Origin: Chrysemys picta bellii
Lineage: Eukaryota
DNA: 64,000 nucleotides
Assembly: GCF_011386835.1 (NCBI RefSeq)
Contig: NC_088793.1
Location: forward strand, 125,798,001 to 125,862,000
Direction: 5' to 3'
Shown: positions 26,521 to 40,450 of the stretch, piece by piece
Layout: every line of letters begins with the position of its first letter
Numbering within the stretch: position 1 is the first letter of the stretch
Position numbers and translations under genes: made by a program
The notes under the pieces: model-generated
Database searches by the model: none
Seen by the model: only the letters and a program-made list of their open reading frames with translations
Told to the model about the DNA's origin: nothing

Positions 26521-27637
26521 TTAAATTTTATCCTCATTATATGTGCTGATGATGTCAAATTAGGATGGCAGTCATTTATATTATACTACCACTCATCTGT
26601 ATTTTAATTTATGCAATGGCATCCAGAGGTAGGATGGGCATCTATATAGACTTCTATAAATATAAATCAATTAATTATATTGAAGTATTTTGAGGAAACT
26701 ACTTAAAAACATTAACAAAGGACTGAGTTGTGCCTTTGAGGAAAAACCCCAGATGTGGGTCTCTGGGATCCCCCACTTTTTCAAAGAAGGGTCTGTTTTA
26801 AACTAAACAATTTTGGGTTTAAGATGGAAATGGAAGTTAAGTGCCCCATTGTAGCTTGCTAATGCATCCCCAGTCTTTGAAGACATCTGAAAAACCACTA
26901 CATTAGGGGAAAGATTGAAGGTAGAGTCTGAACTATAATTCTCAATTCCTGCTTTTCCACCCCCCTCCCCACTCTCTTTATGGTTTAAGACATACACTTT
27001 TAACATTATTTTTAGGTATTTTAGGTGTGTCTGAATATGTTCTAAACTCTGCTGTGGTTACTATGGTAGATAATTCGCTGTTGTTAAATGTCACTGTAAA
27101 TAAACATGACACAATCAATCTCATCTTACTCACCATCCTTTCAGCCAATTGTGTCATTTAAAGAATGAATGCATTTTATATCCAAGCATCACCACATGCC
27201 CTTTTGTCAGAGTCTGCGTGTTGTTTTGTGCTATATATGGCACTGAAAAGTACCTTTTTGTGGGGAGGAAAGAAGGGGTTTCATGCATTGATGAATGCTT
27301 ATTTTACTCCTTTATGTTACCAATCTTACCAATGTAGGAAATTCAGCATCTCAATTACATGAAATAGCAGAAAGATTTCATCAAAAAAGAGCCTTGTTCT
27401 TTGTAGGTCCAACCCTGCCAGATGCTCAACCCCTAGGGAAAATGAAGGGACTTGGTAACCAACAGAAACCATTCAACAGTAGGCAAAATTATACCTCCTT
27501 TGACTGAAGAATGGATGTAATATTCTCTGGTAAACTAATACAGTATTTGGTTTCCTCTCATTTTGCAGTGTGTATTCCAATGTGTTTGTACAGCACCTTT
27601 GAGTGCTAACATCAAATAAAAAACCCTAGTATATTTA

Positions 27638-27761
27638 GTATCAGGAGGTAGCCCTCCTTCACCCATGCATCTGAAGAAGTGAGGTTTTTTTACCCACGAA
27701 AGCTTATGCCCAAATAAATCTGCTAGTCTTTAAGATGCCTCCAGACTTCCTGTTGTTTTTG
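27638..27761 (+). mobile_element. Short Penelope-like insertion with inverted tail and hammerhead motif
   Basis: Inverted tail gtatcaggaggtagcc; gcat-CTGAAGA...GAAA-gcttatgc at 27667-27709; 11-bp flanking repeat tagtatattta / tagtatatgta. Confidence 0.8.
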
Positions 27762-28609
27762 TAGTATATGTAGGTAAATATCATACTGTACTATACCATG
27801 TTGAGCTCTACCAATGAAAAGTGCTGCATGAGAGCTAGGTATTATTATTTTATTATATTATTCCAGACTGTATTCTTTCTCTTCTCTTTAGGTTATTGTA
27901 AAATCAAATCATTCTTAAAAAGAAAAAACACAGTTGCTTTACTCCAGGGAGAGCGGAGACTGGGGAGGGAACTTGAAGGAAGCGCACATTTATGTATCCC
28001 GCAAAATAGAGAGGACAAATAGATACTTAGATATTTGGTTACCATTTATTCAGACAAAATACATTCACCTGAAAAAAACCCAGCACACCTGTCCAGTTTT
28101 TTTGACTATTAACATTTGATCAACATGGCTAGTCTGTTAATATGGGCAATCGGATATGTCAATCCATTTAAGAAAAAAATCACTAGAAACACTATGTCAT
28201 AGGTATGATATTGATGCTCACTCTGTAATATAGTAACATCCTATTAAATGGCTATATTACTGTACAATGTCTCTTTCCACAAAAGCTCACTGTTGTAATG
28301 ATTCTTGTTGTGTTCCATGGCAAGAATCTATAAGCCTGTTAATTCTTCCTCAATAAACAAATGGTAAATACTTTGAACTTAGTATTGTATTTTGTCCCTA
28401 TCAGTACTAAGTCTCTTTGGCTAGATTTGGTCCATTAAATCAGTTCCTGCACTGATAGTCATTCAATCTACCCTATATTTCTGAGGCTTATTAGTATTAT
28501 TTGTAATGAGGCAGTGACTTGGAGCCCTAGGCATAGACCAGGACCCTGCTGTGTTAGGCACTGTGCAAACACACAATAAAAAGAGCGTCTGTTACCTTAC
28601 AACCTACAG

Positions 28610-29643
28610 CTGTGGGATGCAAAAATCAGGAGTCCCATGACCTCTCCCTTCCTGAGGTGACTGAGTCTGAGACTTTGATTGCCACACTTACCATGACACT
28701 TGGGCTGAGCAGTCTGATAGGAGTGATAAACTGGGGACTCCGATAATGCTGGGACAGTCCCTTGGTACAAGTTAGTTTCTTACTTGGCTAACTGCCTACC
28801 TGCGATTCCATATATATTTTATGTTTGATTGGGCACATCAATATCTGCCTTTGCTTAGAGATGCTATACACAGATGTTAGACCTCAGAAGCATGGAAATT
28901 TCAAAGTCTGTTATAGTGAGATGTGCCAGACACTGTGGGCACATAGGATAGTCAACCGATTAAGTGGGTTTTAGCCCACAAAAGTTTATGCCCGATAAAT
29001 TTGTTAGTCTCTAAGGTGCCACAAGTACTCCTGCCCTTTTTTCATAGATTATGGTATCGGTAAGTGTTGTTTCTACCGTTGTGTTCTTGGCTGGCTGCGT
29101 TTCTTGTGGAATCTGGAGTCACTAGGGGATAATTAATGCAGATTCCCAGTGCCAGTTATGCAGATAGCCAGCCCTTTGAAGCTTTGCTCCCTGCGGGAAA
29201 TAGCATTGACTGGTTTTACCTGATTCAGGAGCCCCGGGAGACAAAGGCCCTAAAAACTGCATAAGGGTCAGTCTGATCTGACTCAAGGGAGACTCACGGG
29301 ATTTAAAAAAAAAAAAACACTTATGTATGGACCCACCAGTAAACTGTTAACTGTTTTATTACAAGTTTTTTCTTTAATGCTTTTGTCCTAAAAAAATGTA
29401 CCATGCTTTGTGAAAGCTGGCATATCACTGTTAACTCTGTCACAGAACTGCAGGTGCTGAACAGAAGTCAGAGCTGCTGGGATAAACACAGTGAGTTGCA
29501 AGGGGACTGTGCCTTGGTCTGAACAGAGAAGGACACAGATTCCCATCCTGAGAAAAGTGACAGCTGGAGGCCTAAGACCTAAGGGGGTGCTTTTGTGAAG
29601 GACATGAAAAGGACAGAGGTGCAGTTAACCCTGGAACTGTGAC
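28610..29643 (+). mobile_element. Old LTR-like element (boundaries uncertain) containing a degenerate Penelope end at ~28955-29040
   Basis: Ends ...ccctggaactgtgac; PLE motif aaatttgttagtctctaaggtgccacaagtactcc inside. Confidence 0.4.
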
Positions 29644-32600
29644 TTTTTAAAATCAACTTGGACAGCCCAAGGGATTAATTTCATCGGCACAGAGGGGACT
29701 TGGACACTCAATGACTGGTAACAATAACACTGTATATTTAATTCTCAGTGTGAAAACGGACCTAACCCCTTCTTTTCAAAGGGCAGTCCTGCTGGGTTTG
29801 TTGGAGTCACACACCACACATTAGCTACACGGTGCAATTCATTTAGGGCCTGATCTTGTGCTCCAGGTACAAGCAAAACTTAAAGTGGATGGGAGTTTTC
29901 CCCAAGTAAGGACCACTGGATCAAGCCCAGAAAGTGCAACTCTACTCAGAAAAAAATGCCTATGTAAAAATTTCACCGTCTTCCTCTGATCTGTTACCTA
30001 CAGTCCTAGCTATATACTGTAACGATAAAAACAAACTTTTCCTGCATTTTTGCCTCCCGTTAGTCCTGTGGAGCCAACACATGTGAGGGAGTGAGACGGA
30101 TTCTATTACTTTGGTTGCAGCATTGGAATTGCTTAAGTCACAGTCAATTGTACATGTGCAAATCCATGATAGAGGGATTGCGCAGATGTAATGAGGGCAT
30201 AAGTGCCCCCCCCTCCTAAATTACTGGTGATCTGCCAGAAGGAAAGAAACCAACTTAATTCTCTAATCCCAGGATAAATATGTGGGAATGACAGTTAGAA
30301 AAAACGTTGAGCTACTGGCAAACTGGTCACATGCAATCTGGAATCTCTGAGAATCAAGAATCATAGCAGATCACAATGCCATTTTTGCAGCCACTTTTTA
30401 AAGCTGGAACCTCCACCGCTTACCATCTCCAGACACACCTTCAGGAAGCAGTAGAGAAGGGTTGGGGGAGTGTATGAAAAAGGTGGGGAAGGTGCCCACT
30501 CCCTGCTAGCACTGCTGCAGGCTTCGGTGGCAGATCAAAAGTGCAAACGTGGCCATCTTTGTGGCAAAGGGTTGAGTTTTAGTATGTCTTCAGGCACTAC
30601 TACAAGCAGCATATGCATCTGCTTTGTCATCCTTGCCCTTCTGCTTGAATTAGCAGGCATGATGGCTGAGCTGGTAGCTCCCACTCAACACAAAGTGTGT
30701 CACACACACACTCTCTTCTGGGGATTCCTTCTTGGAGGAGGCAAGCAAGGTTGGGTTTTCTTAACTCTGTAGGCAGAAGCTGTGACCCTGTCTGTCCATA
30801 GCAGCTGCCTCCATCCTGCCCAAGGCATCAATGGGACAACTTTCATGCCACTGTCCTCAGCCATGATATGGGAGCAGGATCATTAAAACAGAAATACAAT
30901 GTAAAAATTAATGGGGACACTAAAATTTAAAAAGCAACGCTGCATATTCATTATTGAAGAAGTTTAAAATCTAGGAGCATCACATGGGAGGTGAGAGCAG
31001 CACTCTAAAGGGGAGAAGCCTCCAACTTTTTGAAACTTGTTATAAACCAAGGGTGAATCAACTTTCAACCAAGTGTTAAGGAATTCACTCCATGTATCAC
31101 TGTGACTTCATACACATGGATCAGAGTTTGATGCAGTTTTTTCTTCTCTCTTCTGCTAGGGAGTTTTGCAAAGCTCAACACACCATCACCACACACACGC
31201 TCTGAATTTACAATATATGCACAACATATTTCTTTAAAGTCTTCTAAATTATCTCCAATTTGCAGGCCTTTTAAACAGCATCTGTACAACAGTTCATGAA
31301 AGAAACTTGGTTTAGCCATTCCCAAATGTTTTGCGTTAAAGGCCAGAGTAGCAAGAGGTCTCTTGAAGAAATAATTTCATACTAAAATTTGCAACAGTGC
31401 AAAACACTTCTGGTTTGGTGTTGTTCTTACAAAATCCAAAACTCAGATCAAGCACAAGTACCATTTCATTGTAGTTCATGACCTTTGTAAAAAGAACTTG
31501 AGTCTATTTGCCCCATTTATGCTGGGTGCAAAGTCCTGTTTAAAATCTTGTTAGTTAATACCTCTGTGCAACCTGTTTTCCTAGTCATGGTCTAAATGTG
31601 AGTCTGAAAGGAGACAACAAAGGAGACCCAAAGGGATAGCTGGCTGTATTGGCGAGTGGAAGAAGTAGGTATCTTTTCCTCTCTTCCTCCACTGCCAAAC
31701 CCTTTCTCCCACATACTTCTGTGGCTCTATCCTGCAACCTCCAGCCAGCTTGCCAGGTGCACCAGTATATTACTATGAAAATCACATGGTGGGAGGGAGG
31801 GAAATGGAAAGTCATGTGGGCAGAGTAATAGGAGTGGGGAGGGGGTGATGAGGTATGTGGGACCTATACAACCCCAATTATATTTTTCCTCTGTATCTGA
31901 CACACACAGGTACGAACATAGTCACTCCTGCTCAGAGTCCATTATAAAGCAACCAGTAACTTTGTTTTATGTTGTACATTGTCAATATCACTGGATGGCA
32001 GTAGAAAGGAAGTAACTGCATTTAAGGGGTCTGAGAGTTTTGTGCTAGAATTTACTGAAGTCTTTTTATCCCACAAATGTCAGTCAATCCTCTCTTGTTT
32101 TGGTAAATTTTGTAACAGATGCGGCAGGAACCCAAATGACTCCCATCTGGGAATCTAATATAATATCTCAACTCTAACTGCACACCACTAAAAATAAATT
32201 ATTTAGAGAGTCTCCTTGGAGAAAGGCCAAAAAGCAAAAACATCAGAGACATTTCCACATCTTTATTCCTGTAAATGAATCACTACGCTGGGCTTTCAAA
32301 TACCCAGCTGGATAGGAAATTCAGTTGTAGTCCAGTTGCCTACAGCTTGCAGTTTAGGTTCACACGTACAATTAAACTAAAGGGACAATGTCAAGTAGCA
32401 TGATGGAGATCAAGCCCTGGTTGCAACCTCAACCCTCTCCATGGTTGAGGTTGCAATCAGGGCTTCTTTTCAAGGCCAGTTTCCAGTCACCTACTCATAC
32501 CACAAAGAAACCTGCTCACGTTCTCAAAAGAAGAAGCAGATCTCTCAGTTGGTAGAAGTTTTCCAGAAAAGGTCAAAGAAAATTTTAAGCTAGTTTTTGA

Positions 32601-32719
32601 GAAGACATTTAAATATGGCTTTTTAAAAAAATGTTTGCAATGTGTCTAATTTAAGACCCATTGTCCTACTGTTCTTACAGTTAGGAGGCATGTCACACAG
32701 TATTGCCCCACAAACACCT

Positions 32720-33005
32720 GGGCAGATTTTCAAATAGCTGAGCACCCACAACTGGGGCCAGATTTAAAAAGGGCCCAGCAGTCATGTAGGCACCAAAATA
32801 AGTGGCCATGTTTTCAGAAGAGCTCAGTACATTGGACGCTGAGCTCTTTTGAAAGTCTGTCCATAAGTGTCCCAATGGAAGCTTCCAGGTGCTGAGTATT
32901 TGTGAGAATGTGGCCCTTAATTAAGTACCTAAATGGGAACTCAGCTTTTTTGAGAATGAAAATCTGGCCCCGATTGTGGGTGTTGAGCACATGAAAATCT
33001 GGCTC
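32720..33005. repeat. Nested fold-back (palindromic) MITE-like element
   Basis: Outer arms gctgagcacccacaa / ttgtgggtgttgagc; inner gggccagattt / aaatctggccc; central hairpin tttcagaagagctcag / ctgagctcttttgaaa. Confidence 0.7.
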
Positions 33006-33593
33006 TGAGCTGTTTTGGAAGTCTGGTCCATCATGAGGAGATGCATATTGTTGTTATGAAGAAATACACTCTTGCCAATATTTAAGGTTGTAACCCAACT
33101 TACGTTTTAAGGTCAGCCATCACCTTTCCAATTTAAAAATTCAACTTCATGTTTTCAATTAAAAGGTTAACTCAAGGTGAAGCAGAAGTTTTTCCCTCCT
33201 GCAAATTTGAAGAAAGTTGAGCAAATACTTTTCCAGGTGAAGAGTTTTTAGAAGGACCTCTTTTTGAAAATCGCTATGCTTCTAAATGTTTCTTCATGTC
33301 CCCAGATATATTGAAAATAGAGTTGGATTGTAAATTAGCAATCCCTTGGTAATTAGTTTTGCAACGTAACTTTGTGGATAGACCAGTAGTCAAGCAATAA
33401 AAACAAACAATATCCAGAATTAGCATTTTTTAAAAAGTAGAGATGAGCCACTGTCACTGTAGCTAGTGGAAAAAAACAATAGGTACAATTTATGTAATCA
33501 AAGCAGAATTAAATAGTAAATACAAATCCTGTTCACTGGGAATGCTTTGTATGCCAACACTTGTGAGCAGGGAAAATTTTAAGTTAATTGACT

Positions 33594-33682
33594 TTCATGG
33601 ATTCACAGATTCCAAGGCCACAAGGGACCATTGTGATCATCTTTTCTGATCTCCTGCACAACACAGGCCATAGACTTGTTGG
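33594..33682 (-). mobile_element. CR1 3' end fragment
   Basis: tcatggattcacagattccaaggccacaagggaccattgtgatcatc. Confidence 0.7.
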
Positions 33683-33924
33683 AGTCTAGATAAAAAAATG
33701 CACTTAATTATTATTGATTATTATAATCAGCTATTATTTGTATTGCAACCGTGGCTAGGGATCCCAGTCAAGGATCATTTTGATAAGTATTATACACACA
33801 TGTAATAATAGAGACTGTTCCAGCCTCAGAAGGCTCACAATCTTAGCATATGACAAGAAAAGTCTTGCACAGACAGCATACACACAGAGGGGAAGGGAAG
33901 AAGACAGGTAACAGTGAAACTATC

Positions 33925-34874
33925 TGTAACAGCGTTGAGCTCACCTCTCGTGAGCACCCCTTCTGGTTGGGTGTGTCTGCAGTTTTTAAATAGTCCTGGC
34001 CCTGGTATTGGGCCATACCCCCCAGGGCTTCCTCCCTGGAGGCAATGGTTTCGCCCTCTTGGTCCCTTCTGGCCCCAGCTGTCCACCTGTGCCTCTTAAC
34101 AGTTCAGTTTCCCTTGTGGGGATTACTGCTGTCCGACTGTAGGCCAGGTCTCCAGTGTCCTATGGGTGGGCCTGAGCCTGCCCACTACTCTGGGTCCCAG
34201 CCTAGGGACCTTAAGAATAGCAGCCACACACCGCCATGTCCTTTTAATTAACTGCTTTTGGTTCCCTGAGCCACTTTCTCACAGCTCCAGCCTTCACCAA
34301 AGCTTCACCCTTACCTCAAGGCTCATCTAAGGCTCTGTCTACCCTAATACTTTTGTCTGTAAAACTTTTGTTCGTCAGTGGTGTGAAAAAAACACACCTC
34401 TTACCAACATAAATTGCACAGGCAAAGGTGGTGGTGTGGACAGCACTATGTCGGCAGGAGAGGCTCTCCTGGAGACCTAACTGGAGACCTAACTGTGGCA
34501 CATCTATGCCACTGTAAGGTCTGTAGTGTAGATATAGCCTTAATTCAGGCTCAGCAGCCAGCCAGGAGCTCTTCCTTGCTGCCTCCGTCCCTACCAGCAC
34601 TGAGCTGTCTGTGGTGCTGCAATTCCCTTTGGCTAGCCAGGAGCACTCCTCTAGCTCCAGCAAGAAACTGACTGGTTCTGGCTCTGCAGCTTCTTTTATA
34701 TGTTCCTCTTGGACTCTGATTGTCTGTTTTCTGCAGCTTCTCTGATTGGCTGCTTCCCCTGCATCCACTCTAGGCAGCTTGGAGGATTCCTTTACTGCTC
34801 CTTTACTGGGATGGGTGTGGCAGGACACTGAGGGCTCCATCAAGGAACCTCTGGGCCTAGTCCACCCCATTACA
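33925..34874. mobile_element. Solo LTR (5-bp TSD), interrupted by a MITE
   Basis: TGTAAC...TTACA; perfect TSD ctatc (33920-24 / 34875-79). Confidence 0.85.
34331..34539. mobile_element. MITE (gtctac TIR family) nested in the LTR
   Basis: ggctctgtctac / gtagatatagcc flanked by taa / tta. Confidence 0.8.
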
Positions 34875-35089
34875 CTATCCTATTTTCTATACTAAGCAGC
34901 AGTCACAGCACACCATCTATCTAGCTACTGGTGAGTGTTCTGTGTGCATCATGGCAGAATTATTTAAAGGAAAGTTTTGAAGGAGTCCTCTATTCTCCTC
35001 CTACTCTGGATTACCACGCTTCTCCTCAAACAAAATCAAGTCTAAGGTCCCCGTCCACATTTCCTCCCATCTGATCCATCAAAATGTGG

Positions 35090-35880
35090 GAGAAATCAAT
35101 ATAATTTTAATGAATATTATGTTTATTTCTATGGGTTTGAGGTTTATGGTGTTGCTTGCTAAAGGATATCTAGGAGTTAAGTCAGTCTTAGGTGGTTTTG
35201 GCCATGTGGAAGAACCAAAGTCAATGACTTTAGATAGCCCCATCACTGGTGTTTAACTGACAATACAAGTGTCAAGGCCTTTGAAGTTTTGTCCTTGTCT
35301 GAATTGAGCATGCTTCCACCCCCAGCTGAGACAGGGCTGGGGCCCTTAGGTGGGAAACCTTAAACAAAAATCTTGGGAAATGTTAAAAAGAGGAGCCCTA
35401 ATGAAGAGAGGGATGGAGACAGAGTCTGCAGGAAGGAGGACAGAAACCTAGGCCCATTGAGCAGGGGTAATTGGGACACACAGGGCCTACCTAAGTCTTG
35501 AGGGAAATTAAAAGTTTTTAGGTAAGACCATATAGATGTAGATCTTTTGTTGTTTTAACCCTTTGCCCTCTCATTGCTATGCTCCTGTAGATTAAAAAAA
35601 TAATATTTTCTTTTGAAAAAGCGGTCTGGTATCATTGAATTTTGCTACTGATCACAGCTCCTGAAGGGAAGTCTCATTGTAGGCACCAAACCCAGTTGAG
35701 CCTGCTAAGAAAACATGGCTGGTAAACAGGGGTGCTGTAACCTGGAGACCCAGACTAAAAGTGGGGTGAATCACAGCATGCCACCCTGAAAGAAGTGCAG
35801 GTGCTGGGCTGGTCACCTGCAATGGGTGCCCATGGAGAGACAGGAGAGCTCAAAGGTACAGGTCACCCTGAACCATAACA
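35090..35880 (+). mobile_element. Old LTR-like element, start uncertain
   Basis: LTR-like composition, attaaa ~35592, ends ...ccctgaaccataaca. Confidence 0.4.
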
Positions 35881-38211
35881 CTGTTTCTAACAACATTCTA
35901 CAGACATGAAAATTACTATTTGACATTCCAACTATCATCTTAACTCTGACCTCCAAGATGTAGCTACAGTACCAAGAAATACAGTACTTCAGTGTTTGAG
36001 TTATAAAAAGATAAAAAAAGTAGACGTTTATTTCAACACACACAAAAAATGGTACAACTCTAATTGTCTTGCACCAATCTACATAAAGCAATGCATTTCA
36101 AGGTCTATTGAACACACATCTAACTGCTGAATACTAACATTTTACTTATTTCATTCTGAAGACACTATAAAGGAACACTGGCTTGTATCCAATACTTATG
36201 TAACTAAGACATATCCTCCTACAGAATCACATCTATTGTGCTAAGTACATAATAGCTAAAACACCATTTGCATCATTCAGCTTCAGACAATTGACATTTT
36301 ATATCATGCCATGTTTATTAAGCACATTACTGAGCAACTGTACTTCACAAAGTAAAGTAAAAGAGATCAAAGTCAAGGATGTTGAATGTTAATTGAGGTG
36401 TCAATTTTTGTTAGCAAATGTCTGAACTATAATTCTTTACTTTCATTTATTTCCATACTTTTTAATGATTACATTACTTCCACTGTAACATTTTTTGGTA
36501 TTTATCTTCTCTGATGCTTGTTAGGTCTGGTAACCTGTGGTAAACTTAGATTCAAGGTATTTATCTAGGCATAGACCCTCCCTTCCCTAAGAAAACACCT
36601 CTTGCTGGTGGGGAAAACCCTTGGACATCCCGCCGGCCCTGAGGAAATATGGAATGTGTTGATTGTAACACACCAGGAAAAGGGATACTGAGTGAGATTT
36701 ACAGGGTTACTGACGCATGTGGGAAAATCTAGACTAGTGGGGGGGAAAAACACTGAGGAGAAATTAGAATTTTGAACTTGATTTTCCAAGTGACCAAAGC
36801 ATGTGCTTAACTTTAAGCACATGAGCAATCACTTCAATGGAACTACTCACATGTTTAAAGCTAAACATGTGCTTAGGTGAATTGCTGAATCAGGGCTTAA
36901 GTGAGGGGGAGGTATGAGATAAAGGGTGTAGACTGGCACATACTGTGAGACTTGCAAAGCAGAGTCTGTGTGAGGAGATTGTGATGCTGAGGAACTGGCG
37001 AATACATGTCCCTAAAGAGGAGACAGACATATCTGATTAAACAGTTCTTAGTTAATACTTAATATTTGGTAACAGATTTCAGTTTTAGGTTTCTAATATA
37101 ATTTTTATTAAAAAATAAGCTGGCAATGTCCCTTTAAAGAGTACCTGTCACTAATCAGGCAAATTGCAAAAAATATATATATTTGACCAAAATATCAGCT
37201 GTCACATCCCTCACACCCACACACCCAGCTGTGAGTCCTGTCTCTACAGCTGAACAATTATCAAGACATTCATGTCTAACACATAGAGCTTTGCCCCTTT
37301 ATAACCATCCTCCTCTTGCTGTCCGATTCATTAATAATGCCACAGTCCATGCTTTGTGAAATTACACTAACCTCCAACATACTGCAGCTAATTGACATAT
37401 TAACAAGACATTGAATTATGAAATAATTGAAGGAACTGGCCAAAGGAGGAAAACTCATTAAAAGGAAAAGCTTAAATTTACACACAATTATTTGATTAAT
37501 TATGGTGAAAGGAGTGGGGGAATGAAAGCACATAGCAGTTTTCTGGGGTTCAGGTTAAAATATTTCTTATGCTTGCCAGAGAGTGGGGGGTAAGACACCT
37601 GGAGAAAGGTCACAGAACAACAACATTAGCACCCTCGCCTACAAGTACAAACATTAGTGTCAATCCCATGTACCTGCACAGTGGCCCAATGAAGTCAGGA
37701 CTCCAGGCAGGCATGGAGATTGGCATTAGTGCTTCTGCTTGCAGAATGAGGGCCTGAGGGATAAATTCTGCACTTTTGAATCAAAGGCTGATTTAAAATC
37801 ATGAGACTCATAATTTGGATCAATTTTCACAGTAGTTAGTTTAAATCCAAGGATAGAATTTGGCTCTTTAAATTGTTAGGAGAATGGATTAGGATTTATA
37901 CCAGGCACTGTTCTTGTTACAATAATTGCCACAAGGATGGATTCATGTTGGTGTCATTTCTCATTGCATTCAGTGAGTCAGGAAGCTGCACAGTCAGAGA
38001 TGTAACGCTTCGTATATCCAGCATGCCGAATTGAAAATTGCATTGCAGTACTCTAATTTATTAATGTTCTTTTATTCTCTGGCCAGTCTTAATTTTGCTT
38101 GTGTAAGTATTAGAAGGGCCACAGCCAATCAAAATGCAAAATATATACATTAGTAACATTACAATCATCACACTAACCTTACTCACAACGCTTAGGCCAG
38201 CCTTGTCCTTA

Positions 38212-38990
38212 GAAACATAGGAATTGCCATACTAGATCAGATCATTGGCCCATCTAGCCCAGTGAGCAATACCATATACTTCAGAGGAAAGTGTAGGGAA
38301 GCCAATTATACAACTATGTAATTTACCCAGAGGGAAAGTTTTTCCTATCCCCAGGCAATTAATGGTTGGCTAATGCCCCTTAATTTGTATACCTTTTGAG
38401 TCCAGCTAAGTTTTGTGCCTCAATAATATCTTGAGACAGTGAGTTCTACAGATTACACATCACATAAGTAGTTCCATTTATCATTTGTAAATGTTGCCTT
38501 TTAATTTCATTAGGTGCTACCTTGTTTTTGTATGATGAGAGAGGGTGACTAAGAGTGCCTCAGTGGTCATTCATTATCTTATATCCTCCTGCATACCCTC
38601 TCTTACCTGTCTCCTCTCTCACCTAAAGAGGCCTAACATTCTTAAAAACAATGTGGAGTCCAGTGGCACCTTAAAGACTAACAGATTTTTACCCATGAAA
38701 GCTTATGCCCAAATAAGTCTGTTAGTCTTTAAGGTGCCACCGGACTCCTCATTATTTTTGTGGATACAGACTAACACGGCTACCCCCTGATACCTAACAT
38801 TCTTAGAGTCTCCCCATATAGAAGTCTCTCCAGACCTCTCATCATTTTCACTGCTTGTCTTTGGACCCCTTCTGTTTCTCCTCAGCTAACTCCTTTTTGA
38901 TATAACGTGACCAGAACGCAGTACAATTGATTTACATAGTGCCAGTATTATATTTTCAGTAATTATATTGTATTCTATTCTTCATTCATG
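38212..38990 (-). mobile_element. Degraded CR1 3' portion
   Basis: agaaacataggaattgccatactagatcagatc tail and reverse-complement ORF2 end; interrupted by a PLE. Confidence 0.7.
38645..38792 (+). mobile_element. Short Penelope-like insertion with inverted 5' arm
   Basis: ~44-bp inverted arms (gtggcaccttaaagactaacaga / tctgttagtctttaaggtgccac), tail ggatacagactaacacggctacc; perfect 13-bp duplication cctaacattctta. Confidence 0.85.
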
Positions 38991-40450
38991 CAGGACCTGT
39001 TATAGGCCCCACAGCTCTAAAAAGGATTGTGAAGTCAGTATTCCACATTCACTACAGACACCAATAGTAACACACGAGTTGGAACAAAAAGGCAGTGCCT
39101 GTGCAACTGTATTCTAGGAGGGGAGAAGAAAAATAAGAAACAGCCAAGCTACTGAATTTTAAAAACCTTACTTTGCACGTGCTCAGTTCATTTACTCCCA
39201 ATTAAAGAAATCTTTATGCATTTCTGTGATATTATTACACACAGAGATAAAACATTTTAAATGACATGCAAGGTTTTTGCCAGTCACACAGCTAAAACCA
39301 TCCTCACAGCTTTGAAAATTATCCCATTATCTCATATCAAGTAATTACATTGTTTGTCATAATTATCATCCATTGCTTCAATGGCTGTAATCTACAAAAA
39401 ACATATTCAATAAAATTAACTAACTACGTGAAAACAATATTCAACTGGACAAAAACGTAGAAAATCCCTGTTTATGAGGCAATAACTATATCTTGGGCTG
39501 AATACCTAAGCCCCAGGTATTTATATTAGTCCATGATATAACCATGTTAGCAGGAAATACACTCAAGTTGTTGGGCCTGCATCCTCAGGAAACTTTCCCA
39601 TTAAAATGAGTGCATGACTGGACATTATCTCTGCTGGGACAACATACAGCAACCCATGTCAGAGTCTGAAAACTCATTACAAAGACTAAGAACAATAGGT
39701 AGCTCTGAGAGACACATTTTTTTTCTGCAACTCTGCGCAGTGGTGTTGAAACTCTTAGGTTACAGCATATTCAAGACAGAGGGAAGCCAGAATTTTAATG
39801 CCAGATCAGCTCCTGGGCAGATATCTTTCAAATTGTATATGCCATCATCCATCATGGATTGAATTATGCTGTGAAAAAGTTGCATTCTTCTTTTACCCAC
39901 AGTAACCACCATCAAATGAACCTCAAACACCTCCAACCACAGGTGGAGAGGTTGTAGGGAAGTAAATCACCCACCTACTTATTTTCTGTGACTGTCCAGA
40001 GATCCAAACATTTCAGGTCCCATCTATCAAACCCAGTTTACAGGAAACCACAACACACTTTGGTATAAGTTCCCATTAATTTGTTCTAGAGGAAAATGAT
40101 AACTCCTCCCACCCCCTAAGCACCAACATTGAAATATATGTATTCAGATTATTATAGATAGCAGCAGGGAGAAAATTCATTGTCAACACTGGCTCATAGG
40201 AAAAATATTCTGATGTTATGATATAGAACAGATCACATCTTAGATTAGATAAATCCAGGACCAGTTTGAGAAGTCATGGACATTAGCTGATGTGATATTG
40301 TATTTGTTCTGTGCAAAGAACAAACAAACAAAAACCTCCAGCAAAAACTACATATCTAAAAAGACATCAATCTCATTTAAATACATCATTTTAATCCTCA
40401 TACCCACATACCTAACTCTGAATAAATCGCTACACTGACTGCTTGGAGAC

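Noticed and set aside
31445-31457. 13-nt reverse match to the 5' end of miR-218
   Set aside because: Diverges immediately afterwards and has no star arm; more like a chance match or target site
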